DNA of 64,000 bases from Planktothrix sp. GU0601_MAG3 (GCA_035193785.1 CP136572.1:4020578-4084577); one strand, 5' to 3'; numbered from the stretch's first letter, positions 10,736 to 22,567 are shown. Notes: generated by a model from the sequence alone, not told the origin. Program-made: numbers and translations.

Positions 10736-13052
10736 ATGACTATTTCTAAGTCCCTTTTCCCCAACAGCAAAGTGTCTAAAAATACTGTCCCCCCTGAGTC
10801 TACAGAACGATTATCTTCCTGTCAGAAACTCGAAATGTCGGAGGATTGGAAACAGACTGTTGAGCAGTTATTTTATTTACAACACAGCAGTCATCTGTTG
10901 ATGGCAATTATTGATCCTCAAACCTTAACGGTAAATTACGCAAATCGCTCCTTTTGTCAAGTTTGTCAACTGAATCCAGCCCTATTAGGCGGAGAAACCG
11001 GGTTATCCGTAAATCCACAGAGAAATTATAAAAATATTGCCATCGAAGACCGACCGTTAAACAAATTAAACCTGAAAATTCAAGACCTATTCCCACACTG
11101 GGATCATTTAACCTTAGAAAAACTCTATCGTTATCATCTGTTGCATAAAATTTTAAAGCAGGATTATGGCATTGATCTGCAATTTTTACAACTCTTAGAT
11201 CAATCCGCAATCGCAGTTTTAAATTGCTCGGCAACCTCAACACAAAAATTTATTAGAATTTGGTTAAATTCAGATTTACTACAAGTTAAACGGCAAGATC
11301 CTAAACAAGATGAATTTACTAACTTTAAACTCAAATTAATCCCCGTTTCTGAGCGAGAGGATTGGTTTTCACGCCCAGAAAATTTTAACCAACTCGCCCA
11401 ACAGTTAACTTTAGATCACTATCAAATAGAGGGAGTATTATTATTAGAAGGGTTGGAAATTACTCGACCCGAACAAATGCGTCGCATCACCTATAAATTA
11501 ATTGGCCGAGATTTAATTAATCAATCTCACCATTGGGAACAAATCGAACAGCAATTAAATTCTTTATTTACTGTCAATAGCTGTTTATTATTACGCATTC
11601 AAGGTCAAGAGGCAAAATTATCTTTGAGTTTGAATACTTGCAATACTCAACCTATTATTTATTCCCTGGATACCCTGAATAACTCCTCGATTATTCAAGC
11701 AATTAAACAGAATCAGGTGATGAATATTCCTGACCTTCGCCAACAATGTCCTACAGATTTTGAACGCCATTTACGCAAACTCCATATCCGTTCCCTATTA
11801 TTAATTCCCCTAGTGATTCAATCCGTTAATTTAAAAGGCAGTCAACAAATTTTAGGGGTGGTGGGGTTAACCAGCGATCGCCCCAATCATTTTACCCTGA
11901 ATGATGTTAAAAATGCCCAGGAATTAATCCCGGCTTTTATTACCGCCTTTTGTCATTCTTTACAACAACAATTCACTAAATTACGCAATATTCATACTTC
12001 CGTTGAATGGCGATTTTTGCAGGAAGCTGAACGTCGCGGTTGGGGATTTAAACCGGAAACTATTATCTTTGAAAACGTTTATCCTCTCTATGGAATTTCA
12101 GATATTAGAGGTTCATCAGAACAAAGAAATTGTGCGATTAAAGAGGATTTATTAGAACAATTTCAATTAGCAATTAATATTGTCGAGGTTTTATGTGAAA
12201 CTCACAATTCGGGCTTAGGAGAACAACTAAAACTAGATTTACAAGCCTATTTATCTCAACTTCAAGACGAGATAAACGTTGAGATTGAAATGAGTGCAAC
12301 GGATTATTTAGAAAAACATTTAGAAATTTATTTTGATTATTTTTCTCAATGTGGTTCCCCGGTTCAAGCAGCCTTAAAAAAATATGAACAAGCCTGTGAT
12401 AATGAACATGGATGTGTTTATAAAGCCCGATCTCACTATGATCAAATGTTACGGCAAATTGCCCATAGTTTACAACAAACCTGGGCAAAATGGCAAACAC
12501 AAATGCAGACAATTATTCCCCATTATTATGATCTGGAAATTAGCGATGGAGTTGATCATATTATCTATGTGGGAAAATCAATTGATTCTCGGTTTACTTC
12601 CTTCCATATTCGCAGTCTCAGATATGAACAACTCCGTGCAATTTGTGATTGCGCCCGCACCATATTTAGATTAAAGTCAGAACATAACATTACCCTAGAT
12701 TTAGTCCATTTAGTTTTAGTACAACATACCCCCATCGATATTTTTCATGATGAAAATACCGAAGGTATTTTTTCAGTGCGGGGAAACCCGTGATATCCGT
12801 TATGAAATTGTTAAAAAACGGATTGATAAAGGGGTCGATAAAGACACAAAAGCCCGCATTACTCAATCAGGAATGTTAACCATAGTTTATTCAACCGAAG
12901 AAGAATGGCAGGAATATGAACAGTATTTAGGCTATTTGCACCGGGAAGGTTGGGTAGAAGCCAAAATTGAATTTGGAATTGTTGATCACCTTCCGGGTAT
13001 TAGTGGGCTAAATTATGCCCGGGTTGCTGTGACAGAAATGGGTAATGGGTAG
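10736..13052 (+). CDS. GAF domain-containing protein of unknown function; apparent frameshift at ~12785
   Basis: GAF signature IRSLLLIPL...GVVGLTSDRPNHFT; ORFs join as VRGTRDIRYEIVKKRIDKG. Confidence 0.75.
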
Positions 13053-13227
13053 TTGGGAATTACGAATTACGAATTACGAATGGGTAGTTGGGAATTACGA
13101 ATTACGAATGGGTTTTAGAAGAATCACCGAATGATGATTATTGCTTTTATTATACTAAAAATAAATTACTATTCCCTGTTCCCTGTTCCCTATTCCCTAT
13201 TCCCTGTTCCCTATTCCCTGTTCCCTA
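13044..13227. repeat. STRR heptamer tracts (ATTACGA)n and (TTCCCTR)n
   Basis: Tandem heptamers at 13044-13113 and 13169-13227. Confidence 0.9.
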
Positions 13228-13333
13228 AAATACGGCTATTCCCCCATCCAAAGTGTAGAAAACTTTACTTACACAATCGGAAAAATTTGTTTATCATAGA
13301 GAGTAACTTGAATCTATTATTGAGGATATAGCC

Positions 13334-14156
13334 ATGTCAGAACCCACTCAAAACAAACTCGCCTCGGATTTAGAAAAAGCCCAATCTGAAGGTAAATTAC
13401 GCGCAGAACGAATTCGAGAAATCGTCAAATCTTCTATCTCAGAAGTGGGATCAGAATTTAAAGGCGGTTTCTCAAGAAATCCGAGATTTAGTTAAACAGG
13501 TCGTCGGAACAGTTTTAGAAACTGTCAAGGGAAAAGGAGAGGAAGTTCAAGAAAATGTGACTGCTTCTATAGAAGGAGTAATTGATGGAATTAGTCAGGC
13601 TAAACAGGAATCTATTGCTAAAACTCAAGCGGAAGTTAAACAACTGCAAGCTCGAATTGATCAACAGGAACAGGAGTTACAAAATAATATCAATTTGGCT
13701 TTAAGTGATATTCAAGAAGTTGGAACCAATAAGTCAGACCAAGTTAAAACAGCGATTGAATCCGCTATTAAAGCAATTAAAAATAGCGAAGAATCCACCT
13801 TAATGCAGAAACGTTACGCCCAACTCAAAGCTCAATTGGCAATCGTGAATGCTAACTTAGTCGGACGTTATGGACAGCGTTATCAGGAGGTCACGGATTA
13901 TTTAGAAGAAGCAAAATCTTGGTATGAAAAAGCCAAAGATGAACCCGAAATTTATACCGAAAAAATTGATGAAAAACGCAAAGATTTTGAAGCAAAATTA
14001 GGGGATGCGGGGACAGCGATCGCTCAAAAAGAAAAAGAAATTAAACAGCGTTTAAACGATCTATGGAAATCAATTTCTGAAACCTTTACTCATCATCAGT
14101 CTCAACCCGATGAAAAGAAAGAAGATTCATCTGATATCAACAAAGATACCCTTTAA
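13334..14156 (+). CDS. Coiled-coil hypothetical protein; apparent frameshift at ~13469
   Basis: ATG 13334 frame (MSEPTQNKLASDLEKAQSEGKLRAERIREIV) joins ORF 13557..14156 after removing one T in GTTTC 13467-13471. Confidence 0.75.
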
Positions 14157-14175
14157 CATAATCTGAGGTAAAATT

Positions 14176-14559
14176 ATGATCGCATCATTATTAACGTTAT
14201 TAGCAACAGCCCTAAGCTTGTTAGTGGTTGATTTGGTTGTACCCGGAGTAAATTTAGCCACCTTTTTAACAGCTTTAATCGCGGCGGCGGCTATTGGTGG
14301 AGTCAATGCCTTTATTAAACCGATTTTATCAACATTATCCATTCCCCTAAATATTCTAAGTTTAGGTGGTTTTTCATTCATTGTGAATGGTTTTTGTTTC
14401 TGGTTAGCTTCGGTTTTTATTCCTGGATTTCAAGTACAGGGTTTATTAGCTTTTATTTTAAGCCCCGTGATTTTATCCGCCGTCAATGCTTTTCTCAATG
14501 GCTATTTTGTAGAAAAATATCCCCAATTCTTTAATTCCCAGAAGTCCTTAAACCCATAA
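14176..14559 (+). CDS. Phage holin family (YvlD/DUF360-like) four-TM membrane protein
   Basis: Four hydrophobic segments; VNAFIKPILSTLSIPLNILSLGGFSFIVNG motif. Confidence 0.8.
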   Translation: MIASLLTLLATALSLLVVDLVVPGVNLATFLTALIAAAAIGGVNAFIKPILSTLSIPLNILSLGGFSFIVNGFCFWLASVFIPGFQVQGLLAFILSPVILSAVNAFLNGYFVEKYPQFFNSQKSLNP

Positions 14560-14606
14560 AAAATTACTAATTAATCAGTAGAGATGTTGCACGCAATGTC
14601 TCTACT

Positions 14607-15017
14607 TTATTTTTCTAACCAGTTAATAATTACGGGGGGTAAATGTTGGCGTTGACGAGTTTTAGGATTAATACAAATATGTTTTGTGATTGCTTCAGCA
14701 ATTAATTGATCAGAGTTATCCAATCTAATTTCATATTTAATTTTAAAAGAGTTTTCCTTAATAATTTCGGGATTTAATTCAATTAAAATTTGATCTCCAC
14801 AGCATAAAGGAAACCGAAAATCAACACTCGCATGAACAATCGGAATAGCAAAATCAGGATTAACAAAAAAACTTTTAAGATTAATTCCAGCCTGATTTAG
14901 AGAGGCTTCATAGGCTTCATGGCCCATTGCTAAAATATTAGCAAAATAAACCACCCCCGCAGCATCCGTATCTTGAAAACGAATCGTTCGCTTATAAATA
15001 TATCCCAAATCAGTCAT
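14607..15017 (-). CDS. Hotdog-fold thioesterase, probable 1,4-dihydroxy-2-naphthoyl-CoA hydrolase
   Basis: RTIRFQDTDAAGVVYFAN...HEAYE, PIVHASVDF; the start lies in a repeat tract and is uncertain. Confidence 0.8.
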   Translation of the reverse strand: MTDLGYIYKRTIRFQDTDAAGVVYFANILAMGHEAYEASLNQAGINLKSFFVNPDFAIPIVHASVDFRFPLCCGDQILIELNPEIIKENSFKIKYEIRLDNSDQLIAEAITKHICINPKTRQRQHLPPVIINWLEK

Positions 15018-15077
15018 CAGTTATCAGTCATCAGTCATCAGTCATCAGTTATTAGTTATCAGTTATTAGTTATCAGC
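15009..15077. repeat. STRR heptamer tract (ATYAGTY)n
   Basis: About 9-10 tandem ATCAGTC/ATCAGTT/ATTAGTT units. Confidence 0.9.
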
Positions 15078-15087
15078 CCATTACCTA

Positions 15088-15164
15088 TCACGGATTTAAT
15101 AGTACAACACAAATTAACACAAATTAAAATCCGTGAAATCCGTGAAATCCTCTTAAATCCGTGA
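15088..15164 (-). repeat. Dispersed hairpin repeat, copy 1 (49 bp identical to 63640-63688 on the opposite strand)
   Basis: 15113-15161 is the exact reverse complement of 63640-63688; flanked by inverted TCACGGATTTAA/TTAAATCCGTGA. Confidence 0.9.
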
Positions 15165-15175
15165 TCCTCCTGATA

Positions 15176-15637
15176 TTATCCCTTATTTTTGATCAACATC
15201 ACATCAATAATGTTATTAGCCATCGGTTCGGAAATCTCTAAAACATTAAAGAGCTTATCTAATAGGGCTTCTTCTTCTTCAGTAATAACTCCATCGGCTA
15301 AAGTAATATCAGTAACTACAGCAAAAGCAGTTTCTCGCAGTTCCATAGGCAATTTTTTCACCGCCTCTTTCAATAATACATCTGCTCCTTGTGCTTGTAA
15401 TTGATTGAGGAGTTGATCAATCATTCCTCGCATTTTTTCCCCGGAATAATCACTAAAAAGCTGCATCCGAGAGAAAGTTGTGGTAATGGATTGGGATTCA
15501 CTTCCAGTAATATAACCATCAGCAGCTACCGCAATTAATGCGATCGCAGCAAAAGCTTCCGCAGAATTGAATTGAATGGCGCTTGACATTGTGAAAGCCT
15601 CCTGGGGTGATTTGGCGTTATCGTAGATTTTTCCCAC
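15176..15637 (-). CDS. TerB family (tellurite resistance-like) protein
   Basis: EAFAAIALIAVAADG...AFAVVTDITLADGVITEEE. Confidence 0.8.
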   Translation of the reverse strand: MGKIYDNAKSPQEAFTMSSAIQFNSAEAFAAIALIAVAADGYITGSESQSITTTFSRMQLFSDYSGEKMRGMIDQLLNQLQAQGADVLLKEAVKKLPMELRETAFAVVTDITLADGVITEEEEALLDKLFNVLEISEPMANNIIDVMLIKNKG

Positions 15638-15672
15638 GTTTATGATTACACTATCTGCGATTTTTTTCCAAT

Positions 15673-16993
15673 TTATTTTCCAAAAACTGCCAATTCCGCC
15701 GTCAAAAAGTCAACAAATTGCCGCGCAGTTTCTTCCCGAACGTCCATTATGACGAGTCGCCCATTGTAGGGCGCGAAACTCCAAATCTTCGGGACTAATA
15801 TCAATTCCTCCTTGATGGGCTAAATGTCGTACCATATTCAAATAGGTGTTCTGATCAGCCGGTGGAAAGGTGACGGTTAAACCAAAGCGATCACTAAAGG
15901 ATAATTTTTCCTGTACCGTATCCCAAACATGAACCTCATCCTGATCTTTCGGGGAAGGTCGATCTTCAAAATATTCTCGAATTAAATGGCGACGGTTAGA
16001 AGTAGCATAAACAATCACATTTTGCGGACGGGCGGTTAAGTTTCCTTCTAATACCACTTTCAATGCTTTAAAAGCATCATCATCTTCTTCAAAGGATAAA
16101 TCATCCACAAAAATAATAAATTTCTGCGGTGTCCCTCGTAATTGTTCCACCACTAATGGTAAGTCTTTTAAATCGGATTTTGCCACTTCAATTAAACGTA
16201 AACCGCGATCGCTATATTCATGTAATAACGATTTAATTAAGGAGGATTTACCCGACCCACGACTACCATATAATAAAACATTTAAAGCTGAATATCCTCC
16301 TAACAATATTTCTGTATTTTTCAATAAAAGATCCCGTTGAGTTTCATATCCAATTAACTCGCTCAAATGCACTGGATCAGGGTGATTAATCGTTATTAAC
16401 TTGCCATTTTGCCAACGAAAGGCATCGGCTTGGGCAAATAAACCCGTTCCAAATTTATGATAATGATTCGCTAAACTTTCTATGGATTCTGACCAATTTT
16501 CTTGGGTTTTAAATTTATTTCTTAAGAGCAATTCTTGGATTTTTTCTAATGCTTCCGGTTGCGGTTGCCAAATTATGGGGTTTTCCGATAATTGGGCAAC
16601 GGTTCTTAACCAATGGCTGACTTTTTCGCCATTATATTGATAGAGACTTTGGAGAATTTTTAAATCTTGTTTTGCCGCTTCTATTAAAACCGGAGGTAAT
16701 TGCTCAAAGGTAGTTTGTTGGGCTTGTTGGGTAAAGGGATTATCCGCCCTTAAAATTTGAGTAATTAGATGTTCTTGCCAATTTTGTTGATATTTGGCTT
16801 GGACTTTAAACCAGCTACCATAGGCTTTTAAACAGTTTAAAATACTCGATTCACTATGATGAAATGTTTCTAAAAGATATAAAAAGGCTTGCCCAATTTC
16901 ATGATCAAAAATATCTTGATACAGTAGTAAAGTGGCAACCTGACGCTGTAGGAACCTAACCTGTGAAATAATGGGGCTATTCAGAGAAGACAT
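15673..16993 (-). CDS. DUF815 family AAA+ ATPase; apparent frameshift at ~15730
   Basis: Walker A GSRGSGKS, FVDDLSFE, YATSNRRHL, SDRFGL; C-terminus restored to GRSGRTARQFVDFL. Confidence 0.88.
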
Positions 16994-17194
16994 AAAATAA
17001 AATTAAAAAGTAACACATAGGAATTAAGGATTAACTTTGCATTGTAGCAAAAATTTATTTTAAAATGCCATGAACTTTTATAACGTTTTATAACGTTAAA
17101 TTTTAATTTTTGATACAATTTGGAAGGATTGTTAATCCATAGATTCCTAGAGGTTGTATAAAGAAACTTTGTAATTGTTTTTTGGGCATAGGTT

Positions 17195-17518
17195 ATGATG
17201 GATTTTGGAGTAATTGCGGCGATCGCTTACGGCTTATTAGCCTTTATCGGTGGGATTGTGGGTTATACCAAAGCCAAAAGTAAAATTTCTCTATTTGCGG
17301 GTTGTTCCACTGGAATTTTACTGATTTTGGGTGGTATTCTCCAAATCCAAGGAGTAAGCTGGGGATTAGTATTATCCATTGTGCTATCGGTTTTTCTGAT
17401 CATTACTTTTATTTCTCGGTTGCTCAAAACCCGCAAATTTATGCCATCTGGATTAATGATTATTGCTGGGTTTATAGCGGTGACAATGATGGGGTATCAA
17501 CTACAAGTGGTTTTATAA
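17195..17518 (+). CDS. TMEM14 family small membrane protein
   Basis: GGIVGYTKAKSKISL...KTRKFMPSGL. Confidence 0.85.
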   Translation: MMDFGVIAAIAYGLLAFIGGIVGYTKAKSKISLFAGCSTGILLILGGILQIQGVSWGLVLSIVLSVFLIITFISRLLKTRKFMPSGLMIIAGFIAVTMMGYQLQVVL

Positions 17519-17670
17519 TCAAATTTTATTTGCCAATCATTCAGGGGAAATATACCTGAGAATTTTCTGGTGAATGCGAACTATCAAAAGGCAATATTCA
17601 ATGGACTTTTAGCCATTTTACCAACATTTTAAATCATTTAATTAAAATTCCGGTAGAGATTGCCATCTAG

Positions 17671-17789
17671 TAAGTAGTTGCACAAAATAAATTACCTAGT
17701 TGAGAGGGGGAAACAGGGAACAGGGAACAGGGAACAGGGAACACCGGATCTGGGTAGAGAATTTGTAATTAATTTTGTTTAGTTACTTA
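17671..17789. mobile_element. MITE-like element with imperfect 25-bp terminal inverted repeats and an internal (GGGAACA)n tract
   Basis: TAAGTAGTTGCACAAAATAAATTAC ... GTAATTAATTTTGTTTAGTTACTTA; 119 bp; no ORF. Confidence 0.6.
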
Positions 17790-17817
17790 ATGCTTGCGGG
17801 ATTTGTGAAAAAATCCC

Positions 17818-17874
17818 GTAGGAGATTGGTCTCCAAACTTAGGTGCAAACGAGGTTTGGAGACTCAAGCCCTAC
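17818..17874. repeat. GTAG...CTAC REP-like palindrome
   Basis: GTAGG..GTCTCCAAAC-loop-GTTTGGAGAC..CCTAC. Confidence 0.65.
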
Positions 17875-18019
17875 AATAAAATATTGCCTTCCATAGTGTA
17901 TGAAAAATCAAAAAATATTACAATATATTTAGGAATTGCTACATGATAGACAAAATTCCGTAGAACGGTTAACCTATAGGCGCTGGGATATTATTTTTGT
18001 GGAGTTTGAGAGATAAATT

Positions 18020-18379
18020 ATGAATATCTTAACCATTCCAGTTATTCCTGTAGATTTAGAACGTCTGAATCGTTTGCTCAAGGGAAATTGTCACCTGCAA
18101 CAAAAATTGCTGTACCTGTTTCTAAAACAAGCTGAAATCCGAACTCAGAGCCTGCACCAAGGGATTATTAATCGGGATTTTGTCAGTATTAAACAACAAG
18201 CTCATGCTCTAAGAGGATCAAGTGCAACCGCAGCCATCTTACAAATCCCAGAAATTGCGGAACAACTCGAAAACCTCGCCGAAGCCGAAAACTTAGAAGG
18301 AGCAATGGAGTTAGTCGAAAAACTACAAGAGTGTTTAATTCGGGTTCGAGTTTTTGTTCAAGAAGAAACTTTATCTTAA
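18020..18379 (+). CDS. Stand-alone Hpt (histidine phosphotransfer) protein
   Basis: AHALRGSSATAA motif in a 119 aa helical protein. Confidence 0.85.
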   Translation: MNILTIPVIPVDLERLNRLLKGNCHLQQKLLYLFLKQAEIRTQSLHQGIINRDFVSIKQQAHALRGSSATAAILQIPEIAEQLENLAEAENLEGAMELVEKLQECLIRVRVFVQEETLS

Positions 18380-18538
18380 TCAAATTTTTGATATCTAATT
18401 AATTAATAGAATTGCTATTATAATTAGATTTCATATTAGTTAAACAGCACTCGAACCTAAAATATTCCTGGAGATTGAGGACACTCGCACTACTAATATT
18501 CAAGGAGATAATATTAACCCCAATCAACTCAAAAAACC

Positions 18539-19259
18539 CTACTCAATCCAACCGGAACGTAAGGCCCGAAACCGCAGCCTGAGTACGATCATCAGCACAG
18601 AGCTTATTCAGAATACTACGAACATGGGTTTTAACCGTTCCCACGGTAATATAAAGTTTTTCGGCAATTTCCGCATTACTCCGTCCAGCCACAATTAATT
18701 CTAAAACCTCTAATTCCCTGTCAGTTAAAGGACAAGATTTTAAAAATTCTTGATACTCAGCTTCTACCGCATTAATCATCACAGTTTTCTGATCACCCGC
18801 AGCCGGAATATCCGGTTGTTTTTTCTTCGCTTGTTTGAGAACGGTACGAGCAATCACGGGATCAATCCAAGCATTTCCTTCATGGGTAGTATAAATCGCA
18901 TCCTTGAGTTTATCAACACTCACATCCTTAACACTATAGGAATCTGCACCCGCGGCAAAAGCTCCCATGACCGCATCTTCATTATCGTGCATAGTCAGAA
19001 TCAAAACTTTAGTTTCCCGCGCCCCACTACTAGCAATATGTTGCTTAAATTTTTGGGTTAATTCAATACCATCCATATCCGGTAAACCGATATCAATAAT
19101 GGCAATATCGGGCTGGGTTTTTTTGAGAACTTCCAAACCCGTTTTCCCGTTAGCCGCCTCCCCAACAATCTTAATATCACTGTCTTGTTGTAACGCCGTT
19201 CTCAAACCCACCCGGGTTAAATCATGATCTTCTACCAGAACAATATTGATTTTAGTCAT
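18539..19259 (-). CDS. NarL/LuxR-type DNA-binding response regulator; apparent frameshift at ~18570
   Basis: REC (VEDHD, IDIGLP) plus HTH LTDRELEVL...GTVKTHV; end restored to QAAVRALRSGWIE. Confidence 0.92.
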
Positions 19260-19394
19260 AACAGAATTTTCCTAATGGTTGTAGGGGTTTTTATTATTTG
19301 TCAATTTGTTGTTAAAATAAATAACAAACTCAAGTCTAATATTAACATCATAACGCTGTATATTTTAAAATATATTAAAAAAAATTCCAAAATT

Positions 19395-20546
19395 ATGCCC
19401 CGTTCTATTAACCCGGCTCCAAAATCCAGTGACCGAATTTTAGCCGTTGATGATTCCCCCGATAACCTATTTTTAGTCGAAGCTATTTTAGGAGAAGAAG
19501 GATACGAAGTTATCTGTAAACCCGATGGCATTTCTGCCTTAGCTTTGATTAAAACCAATCCTCCCGATTTAGTATTATTAGATGTGATGATGCCAGGAAT
19601 TGATGGCTATGAAGTCACTCGCAGGATTCGCAACAATCCCGATCTTCCCTTCATCCCGATTTTATTAATTACTGCCCACGATCATTCTAGTGTGGTTGAG
19701 GGATTAGATGCTGGGGCGGATGACTTCATTCGTAAACCCGTTGAGGTTGATGAACTCTTAGCCCGGGTGCGATCGCTCCTGAGACTCAAACATAGCATTG
19801 ATCAACAAAAGGCGATGTCTCGACAACGGGAAGACTTTGTTTCCCGCCTGACCCACGATCTGCGGACGCCTCTAGTAGCAGCCGATCGAATGTTACATCT
19901 ATTCCAACAAGGTGCCCTGGGAGAAATTTCTCCCCCCATGGAAGAAGCGATCGCATCCATGATTAAAAGTAACCAAAACCTTCTGCAAATGGTTAACACC
20001 TTATTGGAGGTTTATCGGTATGAAGCGGGTCGAAAAACCCTAACTTTCTCCTATTTCGATTTAGGGCAATTAGTCCAAGAAGTAATTGCAGAACTTACCC
20101 CCCTAATTCAAAATCAAGAATTATCCCTGCAATTTACTCCTTCCCAGGATTGTCTAACCCAAGCCCCAGTTATTATGGGCGACCCCCTAGAAATTCGGCG
20201 AGTTGTCACCAATTTAGTTGGAAATGCGATTAAATTCACCGATAGGGGGATTATCCAAGTTCGTTTGTATCCAACAGAAATGCAACTTAAGATTAGTAAT
20301 CAGCCTCAAAAAGTCATGGTTTTGGAAGTTGAAGATAGTGGAATTGGTATAGCCCCCGAAGATCAAGTTATGATCTTTGAACGATTCCGCCAAGGCAATA
20401 ATAAACGTTCGGGTAGTGGGTTAGGATTACACTTAATTTCACTAATTGTAGAAGCCCACAAAGGCATGATTCAAATGAAATCCCAAATTGGTCAGGGAAG
20501 TCAATTTAAAATTTGTTTACCGCTAAACCCCACATTCGGCGGTTAA
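19395..20546 (+). CDS. Hybrid REC-HisKA-HATPase histidine kinase
   Basis: ILAVDDS..DVMMP, THDLRTPL, NLVGNAIKFT, GSGLGL; likely start MPRSINP at 19395. Confidence 0.9.
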   Translation: MPRSINPAPKSSDRILAVDDSPDNLFLVEAILGEEGYEVICKPDGISALALIKTNPPDLVLLDVMMPGIDGYEVTRRIRNNPDLPFIPILLITAHDHSSVVEGLDAGADDFIRKPVEVDELLARVRSLLRLKHSIDQQKAMSRQREDFVSRLTHDLRTPLVAADRMLHLFQQGALGEISPPMEEAIASMIKSNQNLLQMVNTLLEVYRYEAGRKTLTFSYFDLGQLVQEVIAELTPLIQNQELSLQFTPSQDCLTQAPVIMGDPLEIRRVVTNLVGNAIKFTDRGIIQVRLYPTEMQLKISNQPQKVMVLEVEDSGIGIAPEDQVMIFERFRQGNNKRSGSGLGLHLISLIVEAHKGMIQMKSQIGQGSQFKICLPLNPTFGG

Positions 20547-20627
20547 GAATAGGACAAGTGATGTCTCTTTGACTTATACTTATAAGTTGCCCTAATTTAA
20601 ACCTTAGTTTAACTTTCATTAAGAGTC

Positions 20628-22419
20628 ATGCGAACCCACTACTGCGGTAATCTCCGATCCACCCATCTTGGCGAAACTATCACCCTCTGCGGATGGGTTG
20701 ATAGGCGTCGCGATCATGGGGGTGTAATATTTTTAGATTTACGCGATCGCACGGGTATTGTTCAAATTGTCAGCGACCCAGAACGAACCCCCGACTCCTA
20801 CAAGGCCGCCGAAGGTCTGCGAAATGAATATGTGGTTAAAATCACCGGGCGAGTCTCCCAACGTCCTCCCGAGTCCCTCAACCCCAAATTAGCCACCGGG
20901 GAAATCGAAATTTACGCCGATCAAATCGAACTACTCAACGGACTGGGAAAACAATTACCCTTTCAGATTTCCGCCTCAGAAACCGAAACGGTTAGGGAAG
21001 ATTTACGCCTCAAATATCGCTATTTAGATTTACGTCGAGAAACGCATGACTCGCAATTTGCATTTGCGCCATGAAGTAGTCAAAGCCATGCGGCGATTTT
21101 TAGAAGATCAAGAGCATTTTATCGAAGTTGAAACCCCTATTTTAACCCGTTCAACTCCTGAAGGAGCGCGGGATTATTTGGTTCCGAGTCGAGTCAATCC
21201 TGGGGATTGGTTTGCTTTACCCCAATCGCCCCAACTGTTCAAACAATTATTAATGGTATCAGGATTTGATCGGTATTATCAAATAGCCAGATGTTTCCGA
21301 GATGAGGATTTACGCGCCGATCGCCAACCGGAATTTACTCAATTAGATATGGAAATGAGCTTTATGACCCAGGAAGGAATTCTGGCGTTAAATGAAGCCT
21401 TAGTTGCTCATATTTTTAAAACCGTTAAAGGTATTGAAATTCCCCTTCCCTTCCCCCGTTTAACCTATAAAGAAGCCCTAGATCGTTATGGGAGTGATAA
21501 ACCCGATACCCGCTTTGGTTTAGAGTTAGTGGATATTTCTGATATTGTTAAAAATTGCGGATTTAAGGTATTTTCAGGGGCCGTTGCTTCCGGGGGAATT
21601 GTTAAAATTTTACCGATTCCTGGGGGAAATGAAGCGATTTCTAATGTGCGAATTAAGCCCGGTGGCGATCTGTTTAAAGAAGCCTGTGAAGCGGGGGCTA
21701 AGGGGTTAGCATTTATTCGAGTACGGGAGGATGGTATTGATACCATTGGCGCCATTAAAGATAACCTAACCGCCGAACAAAAACAGGAAATATTAACTCG
21801 AACCAATGCTAAAGCCGGAGATTTACTATTATTTGGGGCGGGGGATATTGCCACAGTTAATAAAACCTTAGACCGTTTGCGTCTATTTGTTGGGAAAGAA
21901 TTAGCACTGATTGATTCGAGTAAAATTAATTTATTGTGGATTGTTGAGTTTCCGATGTTTGAATGGAATGATGAAGAACAACGTTTAGAAGCCCTACATC
22001 ACCCCTTTACCGCCCCCTATCCCGAAGATATCCATGATCTATCCCAAGCCCGGGCGCAGGCCTACGATTTAGTATTAAATGGCTATGAAATCGGCGGTGG
22101 TAGTCTACGGATTTATAAACGAGAAATTCAAGAACAGGTATTTTCAACTATTGGATTAACCCTAGAGGAAGCCTACAGCAAATTCGGCTTTTTATTGGAA
22201 GCCTTTGAATATGGAACCCCTCCCCATGGCGGTATTGCCTACGGTTTGGATCGATTGGTTATGTTATTATCGGGAGAGGAATCTATTCGAGATGTAATCG
22301 CATTTCCTAAGACCCAACAAGCGGGTTGTCTATTAACTAATGCTCCTTCAAGTGTTGATCAAAAACAGTTAAAGGAACTCCAGGTTACTTCAACTTACAA
22401 ACCCAAAACTGAAAAATAA
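20628..22419 (+). CDS. aspS: Aspartate--tRNA ligase; apparent frameshift at ~21041
   Basis: [60 protein letters not shown]. Confidence 0.97.
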
Positions 22420-22478
22420 ATCCCTCTGTGGGGGTTGGGCGCGTAAGTTCCGAACCTATAACGCTTCCCCCATTAATA

Positions 22479-22567
22479 TCAGGACTTACGCAGAATACCC
22501 AATTATACACCATCTGTAGGGGCGAATGGCCATTCGCCTAGATATGGTTGTTTTGCGTAAGTCCTGA
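22479..22567. mobile_element. 89-bp MITE-like element with 14-bp perfect TIRs and a nested REP-like palindrome
   Basis: TCAGGACTTACGCA (22479-22492) / TGCGTAAGTCCTGA (22554-22567); internal GGCGAATGGCCATTCGCC at 22521-22538, preceded by GTAGG. Confidence 0.75.

Noticed and set aside
13131..13331. Short ORFs over STRR tracts (also 14973..15164)
   Set aside because: They are translations of heptamer repeats (FPVPYSL, SVISHQ).
14176..14559. Prophage suggested by the holin-family gene
   Set aside because: No other phage genes nearby; this family is commonly chromosomal.
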